Source: a bacterium
GTDB taxonomy: Bacteria > Oederibacteriota > PGYV01 > Palsa-1178
Reading direction: 5' to 3'
Length of the DNA: 17,686 nt
Assembly: GCA_037138355.1 (NCBI GenBank)
Contig: JBAXIL010000038.1
Span: forward strand, 1 to 17,686
Shown: positions 1 through 7,783 of the stretch, piece by piece
Layout: every line of letters starts with the position of its first letter
Numbering within the stretch: position 1 is the stretch's first letter
The notes under the pieces: model-generated
What the model was told of the DNA's origin: nothing
Seen by the model: the letters and a program-made list of their open reading frames with translations, nothing else
Databases searched by the model: none
Translations under genes and position numbers: made by a program

Positions 1-29
1 ATTATAGGCGAAAAGGGAGGAAGTGTCAA
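1..29 (-). promoter_or_regulatory. Perfect-consensus sigma70/sigmaA promoter pointing out of the left edge
   Basis: The minus strand reads TTGACA (29-24), a 17-nt spacer, then TATAAT (6-1). Confidence 0.8.
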
Positions 30-309
30 GGATAAATAGAGATAAAACAGTGACAAAGGAGGTAAAGAATAGTGTTAATGCTTGGTATTTTTACATTTGG
101 GAGTATCGTTTAGCTTATATAAGGATGAAAAATAACCTAATACATGAGCTTTTGAAAAAATTCAAGATTGTTCCATAGTTTAAAGCCATAAACAACATTT
201 ATTGATATTGAAAAATGACACAAATAGTCTATTTTTATATATGGAAAATACATTTTTCCTGTGATAATATTATATGCGATATTAAATTATTATTAATGAA
301 GGATAATAA

Positions 310-1542
310 ATGAAAAATACTTTTATTAACAAAAACTTTCTACTATTGTTAACCGTGCAGACATTAGAACAAATAGGCGATAGTTTGATACTCATGGCTT
401 TGATAGCGTGGGTTATGGGTATGGAAGTTGGTTCGAAAACTGCTAATATTACAATTCTCTTCTTTTGGATTGGATTGCCTATAATCTTAATAGGCCCTTT
501 TTCTGGAGTCATCATAGATTTATTTAAGCGAAAAACACTTCTTGCTGTAGCTACATTTGTAAAAGGGTTCTTTATATTTTTAATATTTGTATGTGTAAAA
601 TATCCAAATTTAGTTCCATTGCTTTACTTTTTTGTTTTTATGAAATCGTTTTCAACACAATTTTTTATACCTGCAAAATCTGCTTTTATGCCTGATATAG
701 TACATGATAAAAACTTGCTTGTTCGAGCAAATTCAATTTCTACGACTGCCATGGTGATAACGCAGATCATGACATACGCTATATCTGGTATGGCATTGGC
801 AGAATTTGGACCGAGAAGTGTAATGTTAGTTTCTGCTATTTTATATATACCAGCGGTTTTGTTAATATTATTAATAGGTTCTACCGAAAATCAAGTAAAA
901 AGAAAAATAGAATCCTTACAACATATTGTAAATGATTTGGCTGCCGGATTTAAGTTTATGTTAAAGGAAGAAAAGATACAGTTCATGACCAGACGCGTTT
1001 TCTTTATGATGATTGCTGTGATAGTATTTTATATAAGCTTAACTGGAGGAGTATTGGACCACATGCTTGCATCAGGCGACATAAAGTTAAAAAGCATAGG
1101 GGCACTTGGTTTTATGCAAGCTGTACTTGGGGCAGGGTTGGTAGCAGGAGTTATAATGACTGATAAACTTGTAAAAAAAATATCTGAAAAGAAAATTATA
1201 AGTTACATTTTTCCTATCTTTGGACTTTTAATAGTTGGATTGTATTTTTATGCCAATTATTATTTTTTATTGGTATGTGCTTTCTTGGGTGGAATGGCAG
1301 GAGTTATGATATTAAGTATAGCTGAAACAGTGGTACAAAAGGAAACACCAGAAAATATGCGAGGCAGAATATTTTCAGCTTATTATGTTTTTAGAAACAC
1401 AGGTCCGCTTGTAGCGGCAGGTATTGCTGGAATTTTAATAAGATTCATGAATGAAGAAAAAGTCATGCTTGTCTCTGGGCTTTCTCTTGTCACATATGGG
1501 CTGTTTAATTTATTAGGTTTGTTAGGAGTAAAAAGAATTTAA
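310..1542 (+). CDS. Major facilitator superfamily transporter (probably DHA3/macrolide-efflux-like H+ antiporter group)
   Basis: 410 aa with about 12 hydrophobic segments. Motif-A-like GPFSGVIIDLFKRK, FFIPAKSAFMPDIV...LVRANS, and C-terminal QKETPENMRGRIFS. AAGGA lies upstream of the ATG. Substrate cannot be determined. Confidence 0.9.
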   Translation: MKNTFINKNFLLLLTVQTLEQIGDSLILMALIAWVMGMEVGSKTANITILFFWIGLPIILIGPFSGVIIDLFKRKTLLAVATFVKGFFIFLIFVCVKYPNLVPLLYFFVFMKSFSTQFFIPAKSAFMPDIVHDKNLLVRANSISTTAMVITQIMTYAISGMALAEFGPRSVMLVSAILYIPAVLLILLIGSTENQVKRKIESLQHIVNDLAAGFKFMLKEEKIQFMTRRVFFMMIAVIVFYISLTGGVLDHMLASGDIKLKSIGALGFMQAVLGAGLVAGVIMTDKLVKKISEKKIISYIFPIFGLLIVGLYFYANYYFLLVCAFLGGMAGVMILSIAETVVQKETPENMRGRIFSAYYVFRNTGPLVAAGIAGILIRFMNEEKVMLVSGLSLVTYGLFNLLGLLGVKRI

Positions 1543-1585
1543 GTTAATAAATATATAAAGCAAGTATTTTATAAGGAGTAAATAA

Positions 1586-1960
1586 ATGGCAATGTCAAAC
1601 TGTGCGAGATGTGGAAAGGTCTTTTTGCCAGATGCTTATAAAACTTTATGTTCGGAATGTCTTGTTAAAGAACGCAAGGATTTGAAAATAGTATCAGAGT
1701 ATCTGCGCAAGTATCCTATGACGGGTATTATGGAAGTAGCTACGCATACTGGTGTAGACGCGATGCAAATACTTAGGTTTGTCAGGTCGGGAAGTTTGAA
1801 TATGCTTGATGCTAAAGATACAATAAAATGCAGATTTTGTGGTAAAAAATTAATAAAAGGTACTCTTTGTCAGGAGTGTTTGGAAATAGTATCAAGTCTG
1901 AAAGATTCGATTAAAAATAAAAAAGATAAGTCAGCAAATCTTAAAAAACCTCCAAAATAG
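1586..1960 (+). CDS. YvyF-like (flagellar operon protein family) zinc-ribbon/HTH protein
   Basis: Four CxxC pairs (CARC, CSEC, CRFC, CQEC) flank a central VSEYLRKYP...EVATHTGV...ILRFVRSGSL segment, the YvyF layout. SD TAAGGAG at 1572-1578. Confidence 0.75.
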   Translation: MAMSNCARCGKVFLPDAYKTLCSECLVKERKDLKIVSEYLRKYPMTGIMEVATHTGVDAMQILRFVRSGSLNMLDAKDTIKCRFCGKKLIKGTLCQECLEIVSSLKDSIKNKKDKSANLKKPPK

Positions 1961-2030
1961 TGTATTTGTAGTGTTTTTAAGAAGTACTATGATACTGATT
2001 TTTATTTTTATACCTTACATGCAATTCGTA

Positions 2031-2070
2031 TTTACAAAAAAAACAATGGTTGATAGTATGATATATCATA
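2031..2070 (+). promoter_or_regulatory. Candidate sigma70 promoter for pgm, overlapped by a 14-bp palindromic operator candidate
   Basis: TTTACA (2031-2036), 17 nt ending in TGn, TAGTAT (2054-2059). Perfect palindrome TATGATATATCATA at 2057-2070. Confidence 0.45.
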
Positions 2071-2216
2071 AAATAATTTATGCTATGTGAGTAGGAGAAA
2101 ATTTTAAAAATAATTAATAAATAAATGTTTTTTACTTGAAAAAAGATAAAAATTGGTTATTATATACGCGCGGCAAATATGTTGCTTGTATTGTAAATAT
2201 TTTTAGGAGGATTTTA

Positions 2217-3644
2217 ATGGGAACTAAGTCAGATATTAAGTTTGGAACATCTGGATGGAGAGGTATCATAAGTGATGATTTTACATTTGATAATGTAAAA
2301 AAAGTATGTCAGGCAATTGCTACCTTAATAAAATCAAAAAAAGAGCTTAAAGGCAAACCGTTTATAATCGGTTGGGATGCCAGGTTTCTTTCTGATAAGT
2401 TCTCACAAATAGCTGCTGAAGTTATGGCTGGAAACGGTATTAAATCATTTTTATGTGATAGGGACACACCTACACCAGCGATAGCATATCAAATATTAAT
2501 AAAGAAAGCTGCAGGAGGCATTAATTTTACAGCATCGCATAATCCTGCGGAATACAATGGATTAAAATTTTCACCTTCTTGGGGAGGTCCAGCTACACCT
2601 GAAGATACTGATCAGATAGAAGCAAATATAAAAAAAGTAAAAGTAATAAAAATAATGGATATGGAAACGGCAATGGCAAAAGGTTTGATTAAGGTATTTG
2701 ATCCTTCAAGAGAATATTTGGAACAGATAAAGAAAATAGTTGATTTTAATGTGATAAAAAAATCTAAGATAAAGATTATCGTTGATCCACTTTTCTCTAC
2801 TGGTCGTGGTTACTTAGATAGAATTTTGAATGAAACTGGAGCCAACATAAGAGTCATAAATGATAAAAAAGATGTTTTGTTTGGAGGTTTCCCACCTGAT
2901 CCATCTGAAAAAAATGTACAGGATTTGATTTTAAGAGTTAAAAAAGAAAAAGCAATCTTAGGTATAGCGACGGATGGAGATTCTGATAGATATGGAATAA
3001 TCGATTCGGATGGTTCATATATACCAGCAAATCAGATATTACCACTGCTTTTAGATTATCTTGTGAAAACAAGAAAAGATTGGCATGGTTCTGTAGTGCG
3101 TTCAGTTGCTACTTCACATATGATTGATAAAGTGGCAAAAATGCACCATTTGACACTTCATGAAACACCGGTGGGCTTTAAGTACATAGGCGAAATAATG
3201 ACAAAAGAAGATATTATTATAGGTGGGGAAGAATCAAATGGACTCACAGTGCATAGACATGTACCTGAAAAAGATGGAATAATAGCATGTCTTTTGGTTG
3301 CAGAAATGGTAGCGAGAACAAAACATAATGTGAGAACTTTATTTAAAAAACTTGAGAAAAAAACAGGACCTTTTGTTAATTCAAGGAAAAACTTTGTATT
3401 AAGTGAAGCAAAGAAAACAGCGTTAATAAAGAAATTAAAAACAGTAAAAATGATGAAGATAGGAAACTTCGATGTCTTAGAAACAATTACAGTGGATGGG
3501 TTTAAATTTTTACTTGGAGAAGATACTTGGATTATGACACGATTTTCAGGGACAGAACCTATAGTAAGATTATACGGTGAAGCTAAAAATAAAAAAACTC
3601 TTGATGAAATAATGAAAGCTGGAGAGAAGCTTGTAACGCATTAG
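2217..3644 (+). CDS. Phosphoglucomutase/phosphomannomutase (alpha-D-phosphohexomutase family)
   Basis: FGTSGWRG N-terminus, catalytic TASHNP serine loop, metal-binding DGDSDR, sugar-binding GEESNG, C-terminal RFSGTEP. Start moved from the track's TTG 2136 to in-frame ATG 2217 because SD AGGAGG sits at 2205-2210. Confidence 0.95.
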   Translation: MGTKSDIKFGTSGWRGIISDDFTFDNVKKVCQAIATLIKSKKELKGKPFIIGWDARFLSDKFSQIAAEVMAGNGIKSFLCDRDTPTPAIAYQILIKKAAGGINFTASHNPAEYNGLKFSPSWGGPATPEDTDQIEANIKKVKVIKIMDMETAMAKGLIKVFDPSREYLEQIKKIVDFNVIKKSKIKIIVDPLFSTGRGYLDRILNETGANIRVINDKKDVLFGGFPPDPSEKNVQDLILRVKKEKAILGIATDGDSDRYGIIDSDGSYIPANQILPLLLDYLVKTRKDWHGSVVRSVATSHMIDKVAKMHHLTLHETPVGFKYIGEIMTKEDIIIGGEESNGLTVHRHVPEKDGIIACLLVAEMVARTKHNVRTLFKKLEKKTGPFVNSRKNFVLSEAKKTALIKKLKTVKMMKIGNFDVLETITVDGFKFLLGEDTWIMTRFSGTEPIVRLYGEAKNKKTLDEIMKAGEKLVTH

Positions 3645-3791
3645 CTCAAATAAAAAATACGCAATAAATAGAATTTCTTTTTAATATATTTTTTTTGTAA
3701 TTCACAATCTGATATTTCCAGTCAAAAAAATAATTATATTAGTTTGTTTGACTATGCTGAATTTTGGCTCACTATGTTAGTTCAAACTTAC

Positions 3792-3811
3792 TGTGCATAA
3801 TATGTGGAAAA
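3792..3811 (-). promoter_or_regulatory. Two tandem DnaA-box consensus matches
   Basis: TGTGCATAA (3792-3800) and TGTGGAAAA (3803-3811) are reverse complements of TTATGCACA and TTTTCCACA, both fitting TT(A/T)TNCACA. Confidence 0.45.
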
Positions 3812-3910
3812 AAAGTCAATAAAAACTTCCAAAAACATGTAAAAAATGAAATAAAATCATAAAAAACAAGCAAAAAGCGTGTTAGTTGGGTGTTTGAGTA
3901 AGTATAATCA

Positions 3911-3938
3911 TTGACAAAATTAATAAAACTCGTATACT
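3911..3938 (+). promoter_or_regulatory. sigma70 promoter driving the short transcript ending near 4146
   Basis: TTGACA (3911-3916), 16 nt, TATACT (3933-3938), with A-tract-rich DNA upstream. Confidence 0.65.
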
Positions 3939-4030
3939 ACATATAGTTGAAGAAAGGTTTGGCAGACACAAGAGACAATCACGAAGGATTAATAGAAAGA
4001 AAATCTTTAACTGGAAGGGGTGATATTCAC

Positions 4031-4069
4031 ATGGCAAAGAAAAAAGCAGCAAAAAAGAAAAAAAAATAA
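4031..4069 (+). CDS. Candidate 12-aa lysine-rich micropeptide MAKKKAAKKKKK
   Basis: ATG GCA AAG AAA AAA GCA GCA AAA AAG AAA AAA AAA TAA. SD-like AAGGGGTGA at 4015-4023. Own upstream promoter and downstream terminator. Confidence 0.55.
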   Translation: MAKKKAAKKKKK

Positions 4070-4103
4070 GACGTTACATGAAACAAGCAAAAGGGGTAAC
4101 ATC

Positions 4104-4146
4104 AAAAACAACGTGGGACTTTTAAAAGTTCCACGTTGTTTTTTTT
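4104..4146 (+). terminator. Strong intrinsic terminator, potentially bidirectional
   Basis: Arms AAAAACAACGTGGGACTT / AAGTTCCACGTTGTTTTT (one G-U pair) around a TTAA loop, followed by a T tract to 4146, with an A tract on the 5' side. Confidence 0.85.
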
Positions 4147-4250
4147 AGAAAAATTTTATTTTATATTTAATTCATAATTTTTAGATTTTATATGGGGCGG
4201 CTACGAATCTTATCAAATAATCAATTCAGCATGAAAAGTTGTTCTAATTC

Positions 4251-4279
4251 TTGACATTAAGTAGATAAAGGTTTAAACT
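4251..4279 (+). promoter_or_regulatory. sigma70 promoter for ftsK
   Basis: TTGACA (4251-4256), 17 nt, TAAACT (4274-4279), about 50 nt before the GTG start. Confidence 0.65.
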
Positions 4280-4329
4280 TTATTTCGCTGGAGCAAATAC
4301 GATTCTATATAGTTCCAAAGGGAGCAAAA

Positions 4330-6666
4330 GTGGCAAAGAAAAGCGCTATAAAAAAAGGGAAAACAAAGGAAACTAAAAATAATAATGAAGTATTTGTAGG
4401 TTTTAGTTTCCTTGTCGCTGGACTTTTGGTGTTTTTGTCTTTAATCCCTATAAACGACAAAAACTTGCTTGGTATATTTGGCGAGGTGGTCTCAAGAGTA
4501 TTGTATCTAATGATGGGTAAAGCAGCATATATAATACCTTTAATAATTGGGTTTTTTGGGCTTAATATACTTAAGAAAAATAAAGAAAATCATGAAGCTG
4601 GTATTTTGCTCGGATTTATTATGCTGGGTATTGGAATTTCAATGTTACTTTCACTTATGTTTAATAATGAGGGTTTTAAGCTACCAAGGGTGGTTGAGAT
4701 TTACTCTTCAAAGGAAATAATGGCTTTTTTAGGAAGGTCTTCAGATATGTTAGGCTTTCTATATAAGGAAACAGTATTTGATATAGGTGGCATCATAGGT
4801 AAGGTGTGTTCCAAGTTCATGGCACAGTGGTTTAATACGGTTGGGGCATATATCGCAACCATAGTTATAATTTTGGTTTCAATAGTATTACTTGGCAAGG
4901 AAAAATTATTAATTGCACTTTGGCATATATCAACAGAAGGAGCAAAAAAGTTATATTCGGTTTTTGCTTATATAGGAACTGTGTTTTTTAAATCCTTTAA
5001 TAAAATGGCAACAACAGTAAAAACTGAAAAAAAAGATAATAAAGAAAAAAATGAAGATAAAAACAAAGCAAAAGATTCAAAAACAGATAAAAAATCTAAA
5101 GATGAAGAAAAACAGAAAGATGAAGAAGTAGAGGAAGAAAAACCAAGAAAAAAAGAAAAGCTTACTATTACAAAACAACAACATACTCCAAAAAAAGTTG
5201 GTGCAACGCAGGTTGTAATAATGAAAGGCGACTATACACTCCCACCAACTTCACTATTAAAATCAGAAAAACCAGTGATTGAAGAAAAAGAATATGATTA
5301 TGCTTCAGATGCTATAAGGCTTAAAAAAACACTTTCTGATTTTGGTATAGAAGCAGAAATTGTAAATGTAGTAGATGGTCCAGTAATATCTCGGTTTGAT
5401 TTAGAACTGGCAACAGGCGTAAAAGTGGCAAAGGTAGAAAATTTGGCAGCAGATATTGCGCTTGCAATGAAAGTAGAAATGGTCAGAGTTGCGGCTGTAC
5501 CTGGAAAATCATTACTTGGTATAGAAGTTCCTAAAACAGATAAAAAAATAATTTATTTAAAAGAATTAATCGAGGACGATTTATTTACGAGCTCCAATTC
5601 TCTTTTAACTCTCGCAATAGGTAGGGACTTGTCAGGTAAACCAGTGATAGTAAAACTGGATGACATGCCTCATCTCATGATTGCAGGTTCTACAGGTTCA
5701 GGAAAATCAGTATGTATTAATTCTATAATTACTTCCATATTGTTTAAGGCCTCTCCAGATGAAGTTAAGTTGCTTTTAGTTGACCCTAAAAAAGTTGAAC
5801 TTACACAATATAATGATATGCCACATTTAATGGCACCAGTAATTACAGATCCAAAACATGCGGCTTATGTGTTAAAGCGTCTTGTGGCTGAAATGAGAAG
5901 CAGGTACGATCTTTTATCTGCTGAAGGCGCACAGAATATGGAAATATATAATAGAAAGGTAATGGAGTTTAATGAAGATATTAGAAAAGATCCAGATGTG
6001 CAACCAGAAGATTTTAAAAAATCTCTTCCCTTTATAGTCCTCATTATAGATGAGCTCGCTGATTTAATGACTATGGCAAAGCAAAGCGTGGAAGAATCAC
6101 TGCAGCGTTTAGCACAGCTTGCTCGAGCAGTTGGTATACATATAATAATTGCTACACAAAGGCCATCGGTTGATGTTATAACAGGAGTAATAAAGGCCAA
6201 TTTTCCATCAAGAATTGCTTTTAAAGTGAAATCACAGATAGATTCGCGTACTATACTTGATACAAAAGGCGCGGAAGCACTATTAGGTAAGGGAGACATG
6301 CTCTATAATCCAGCAAATTTAGTCAAGCCAGTAAGAGGACAGGCAGCATTTGTGAGAGATGAAATTCCAAAAATAGTTGCATACATAAAAAAACAGCGCA
6401 AGGTAGAGTATTCAGATGAGTTTAATATAAAAGAAGAAGATATGCCAACGCAAAATGGTTTTTCTGATGATGAAGCAGTGGACCCAGATTTATTTAAGCG
6501 CGCGTGTGATTATGGTCGTGATAAAGGGAAAATCTCAACCTCATTTTTACAGCGTAAAATGGGTATAGGCTACTCAAAGGCCGCACGAATAATAGATGCA
6601 CTTGAAGATAAGGGCTTAATAACATCAGCAGATGGAAACAAACCCAGAGAATGGAAGGGCGATTAA
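4330..6666 (+). CDS. ftsK: DNA translocase FtsK/SpoIIIE
   Basis: N-terminal membrane domain, charged linker, alpha domain (GPVISRFDL), Walker A GSTGSGKS, IIDELADLM, ARAVGIHIIIATQRPS, gamma domain LQRKMGIGYSKAARIID. GTG start with SD AAGGGAG at 4318-4324. Confidence 0.97.
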   Translation: MAKKSAIKKGKTKETKNNNEVFVGFSFLVAGLLVFLSLIPINDKNLLGIFGEVVSRVLYLMMGKAAYIIPLIIGFFGLNILKKNKENHEAGILLGFIMLGIGISMLLSLMFNNEGFKLPRVVEIYSSKEIMAFLGRSSDMLGFLYKETVFDIGGIIGKVCSKFMAQWFNTVGAYIATIVIILVSIVLLGKEKLLIALWHISTEGAKKLYSVFAYIGTVFFKSFNKMATTVKTEKKDNKEKNEDKNKAKDSKTDKKSKDEEKQKDEEVEEEKPRKKEKLTITKQQHTPKKVGATQVVIMKGDYTLPPTSLLKSEKPVIEEKEYDYASDAIRLKKTLSDFGIEAEIVNVVDGPVISRFDLELATGVKVAKVENLAADIALAMKVEMVRVAAVPGKSLLGIEVPKTDKKIIYLKELIEDDLFTSSNSLLTLAIGRDLSGKPVIVKLDDMPHLMIAGSTGSGKSVCINSIITSILFKASPDEVKLLLVDPKKVELTQYNDMPHLMAPVITDPKHAAYVLKRLVAEMRSRYDLLSAEGAQNMEIYNRKVMEFNEDIRKDPDVQPEDFKKSLPFIVLIIDELADLMTMAKQSVEESLQRLAQLARAVGIHIIIATQRPSVDVITGVIKANFPSRIAFKVKSQIDSRTILDTKGAEALLGKGDMLYNPANLVKPVRGQAAFVRDEIPKIVAYIKKQRKVEYSDEFNIKEEDMPTQNGFSDDEAVDPDLFKRACDYGRDKGKISTSFLQRKMGIGYSKAARIIDALEDKGLITSADGNKPREWKGD

Positions 6667-6787
6667 CACAATAAAAGAGCATTTAATATTGCATTTTATG
6701 TTTTCATAAGATAAATAAAGAAAGAGACAGCCAAACAGTTTCCAATATGCCTGAAATAGCCAAATATGTGTTTTACTGATTTTTTCC

Positions 6788-6815
6788 TTGCAATTCTTCC
6801 TATTTCTAATACAAT
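6788..6815 (+). promoter_or_regulatory. Candidate sigma70 promoter for the lolA-rodZ-yajQ run
   Basis: TTGCAA (6788-6793), 16 nt, TACAAT (6810-6815). A further TATAAT at 6850-6855 has no clear -35. Confidence 0.4.
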
Positions 6816-6902
6816 ACTAATTCACAGAGATTTAGAGAAGTTATTGTATTATAATGAGGTAAATAGGCAAAAAACTCCAGATTTAAATTTGTTGGAGGCA
6901 AT

Positions 6903-7751
6903 ATGTATATTAGAATAAAGACCTTTTTGGTGATAATTTGTTTTGGAGTTGCGTTTTTTGCATTTTCTTGTGCTTCAAGCCAGATAGAAAAGGAAATCAG
7001 TAAAGAAGTTAAGCCAAAAGTTGTGAAAATGGACTCAAAAACATTAGAAGTAAAGAAAAAAGAAGAAGTGAAAAAAAATGGAATAAAAGTTTCAAAGACC
7101 AATATAAAAAAACTTTTAACAGAAAATGAGCAGATAAATAAACTGATTGAGAAAATGAATATTGTACAGGCGGATAAAGTAGCAACAAAAGCAGATATAA
7201 TGATAAAAACTATTTATCCAAATGCTACACCGCAGGTGGTAAAAGGAACTGCGATAATTAAGAAAGCTGAAAAATTTAATGTGCATTATACTGAACCACA
7301 GGAACAAATTGTGGTATCAAATGGAATTGATATTTGGATTTATACACCTGCAATGCAGCAGGTGATTAAGCAGACAGTGGAAAGTGCAAATGTGGACGCT
7401 AAGTTATATACAGACATGGGAAACTCGATAGCACATTTTGTAAAGAACAGTAAAACGGAATTGTCTGAAGACGAGGGGGCATATACTCTCTTTATGATTC
7501 CTAAAAAAGAAAAAGGTATTATGTATGATGAAATAAAAGCTACTATTGATAAAAGTAATTTTATTCCTGTTTTTATGAGCTTGAAATATGAAGGGACAGT
7601 TACGGAAATGACCTTCACTAATATAAAAAGTTTTACAAAGCTTGAAGTAGCAAATGTGTTAGAGCTTGCAGATGATAGCTTTACATTTGTAAAGCCAAAG
7701 GGTGTAGAAGAGATAGAAGCCGCCGATTTAATGAAAGGCGTTGGAAAATAA
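6903..7751 (+). CDS. lolA: LolA-family lipoprotein carrier protein, with a predicted lipobox and Lys-rich N-terminal extension
   Basis: KGTAIIKKAEKFNVHYTEPQEQIVVSNGIDIWIYTPAMQQV and C-terminal FTFVKPKGVEEI match LolA patterns. It sits directly after ftsK. SD GGAGG. Signal peptide ends AFSC (Cys23). Confidence 0.85.
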   Translation: MYIRIKTFLVIICFGVAFFAFSCASSQIEKEISKEVKPKVVKMDSKTLEVKKKEEVKKNGIKVSKTNIKKLLTENEQINKLIEKMNIVQADKVATKADIMIKTIYPNATPQVVKGTAIIKKAEKFNVHYTEPQEQIVVSNGIDIWIYTPAMQQVIKQTVESANVDAKLYTDMGNSIAHFVKNSKTELSEDEGAYTLFMIPKKEKGIMYDEIKATIDKSNFIPVFMSLKYEGTVTEMTFTNIKSFTKLEVANVLELADDSFTFVKPKGVEEIEAADLMKGVGK

Positions 7752-7783
7752 AAGCCGTCAGGCATAATTAAAAGGAGATTTAT

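Noticed and set aside
2136..2216. 27-codon N-terminal extension of the phosphomutase given in the ORF track
   Set aside because: The family-like sequence starts after ATG 2217, which has a perfect SD. The TTG at 2136 looks more like a -35 element (TTGAAA-16-TATTAT).
4031..4146. Lysine-sensing attenuator (leader peptide plus terminator) controlling ftsK
   Set aside because: The only antiterminator candidate is 5 bp (ACGTT 4071-4075 with AACGT 4110-4114) against an approximately 18-bp terminator stem. ftsK has its own promoter downstream and is unrelated to lysine metabolism.
3754..4232. 10-bp inverted repeat (ATGCTGAATT / AATTCAGCAT) and 12-bp direct repeat (AAACAAGCAAAA at 3864 and 4081) around the micro-gene as signs of a mobile cassette
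   Set aside because: Short, AT-rich matches of a length plausible by chance. No target duplication or transposase.
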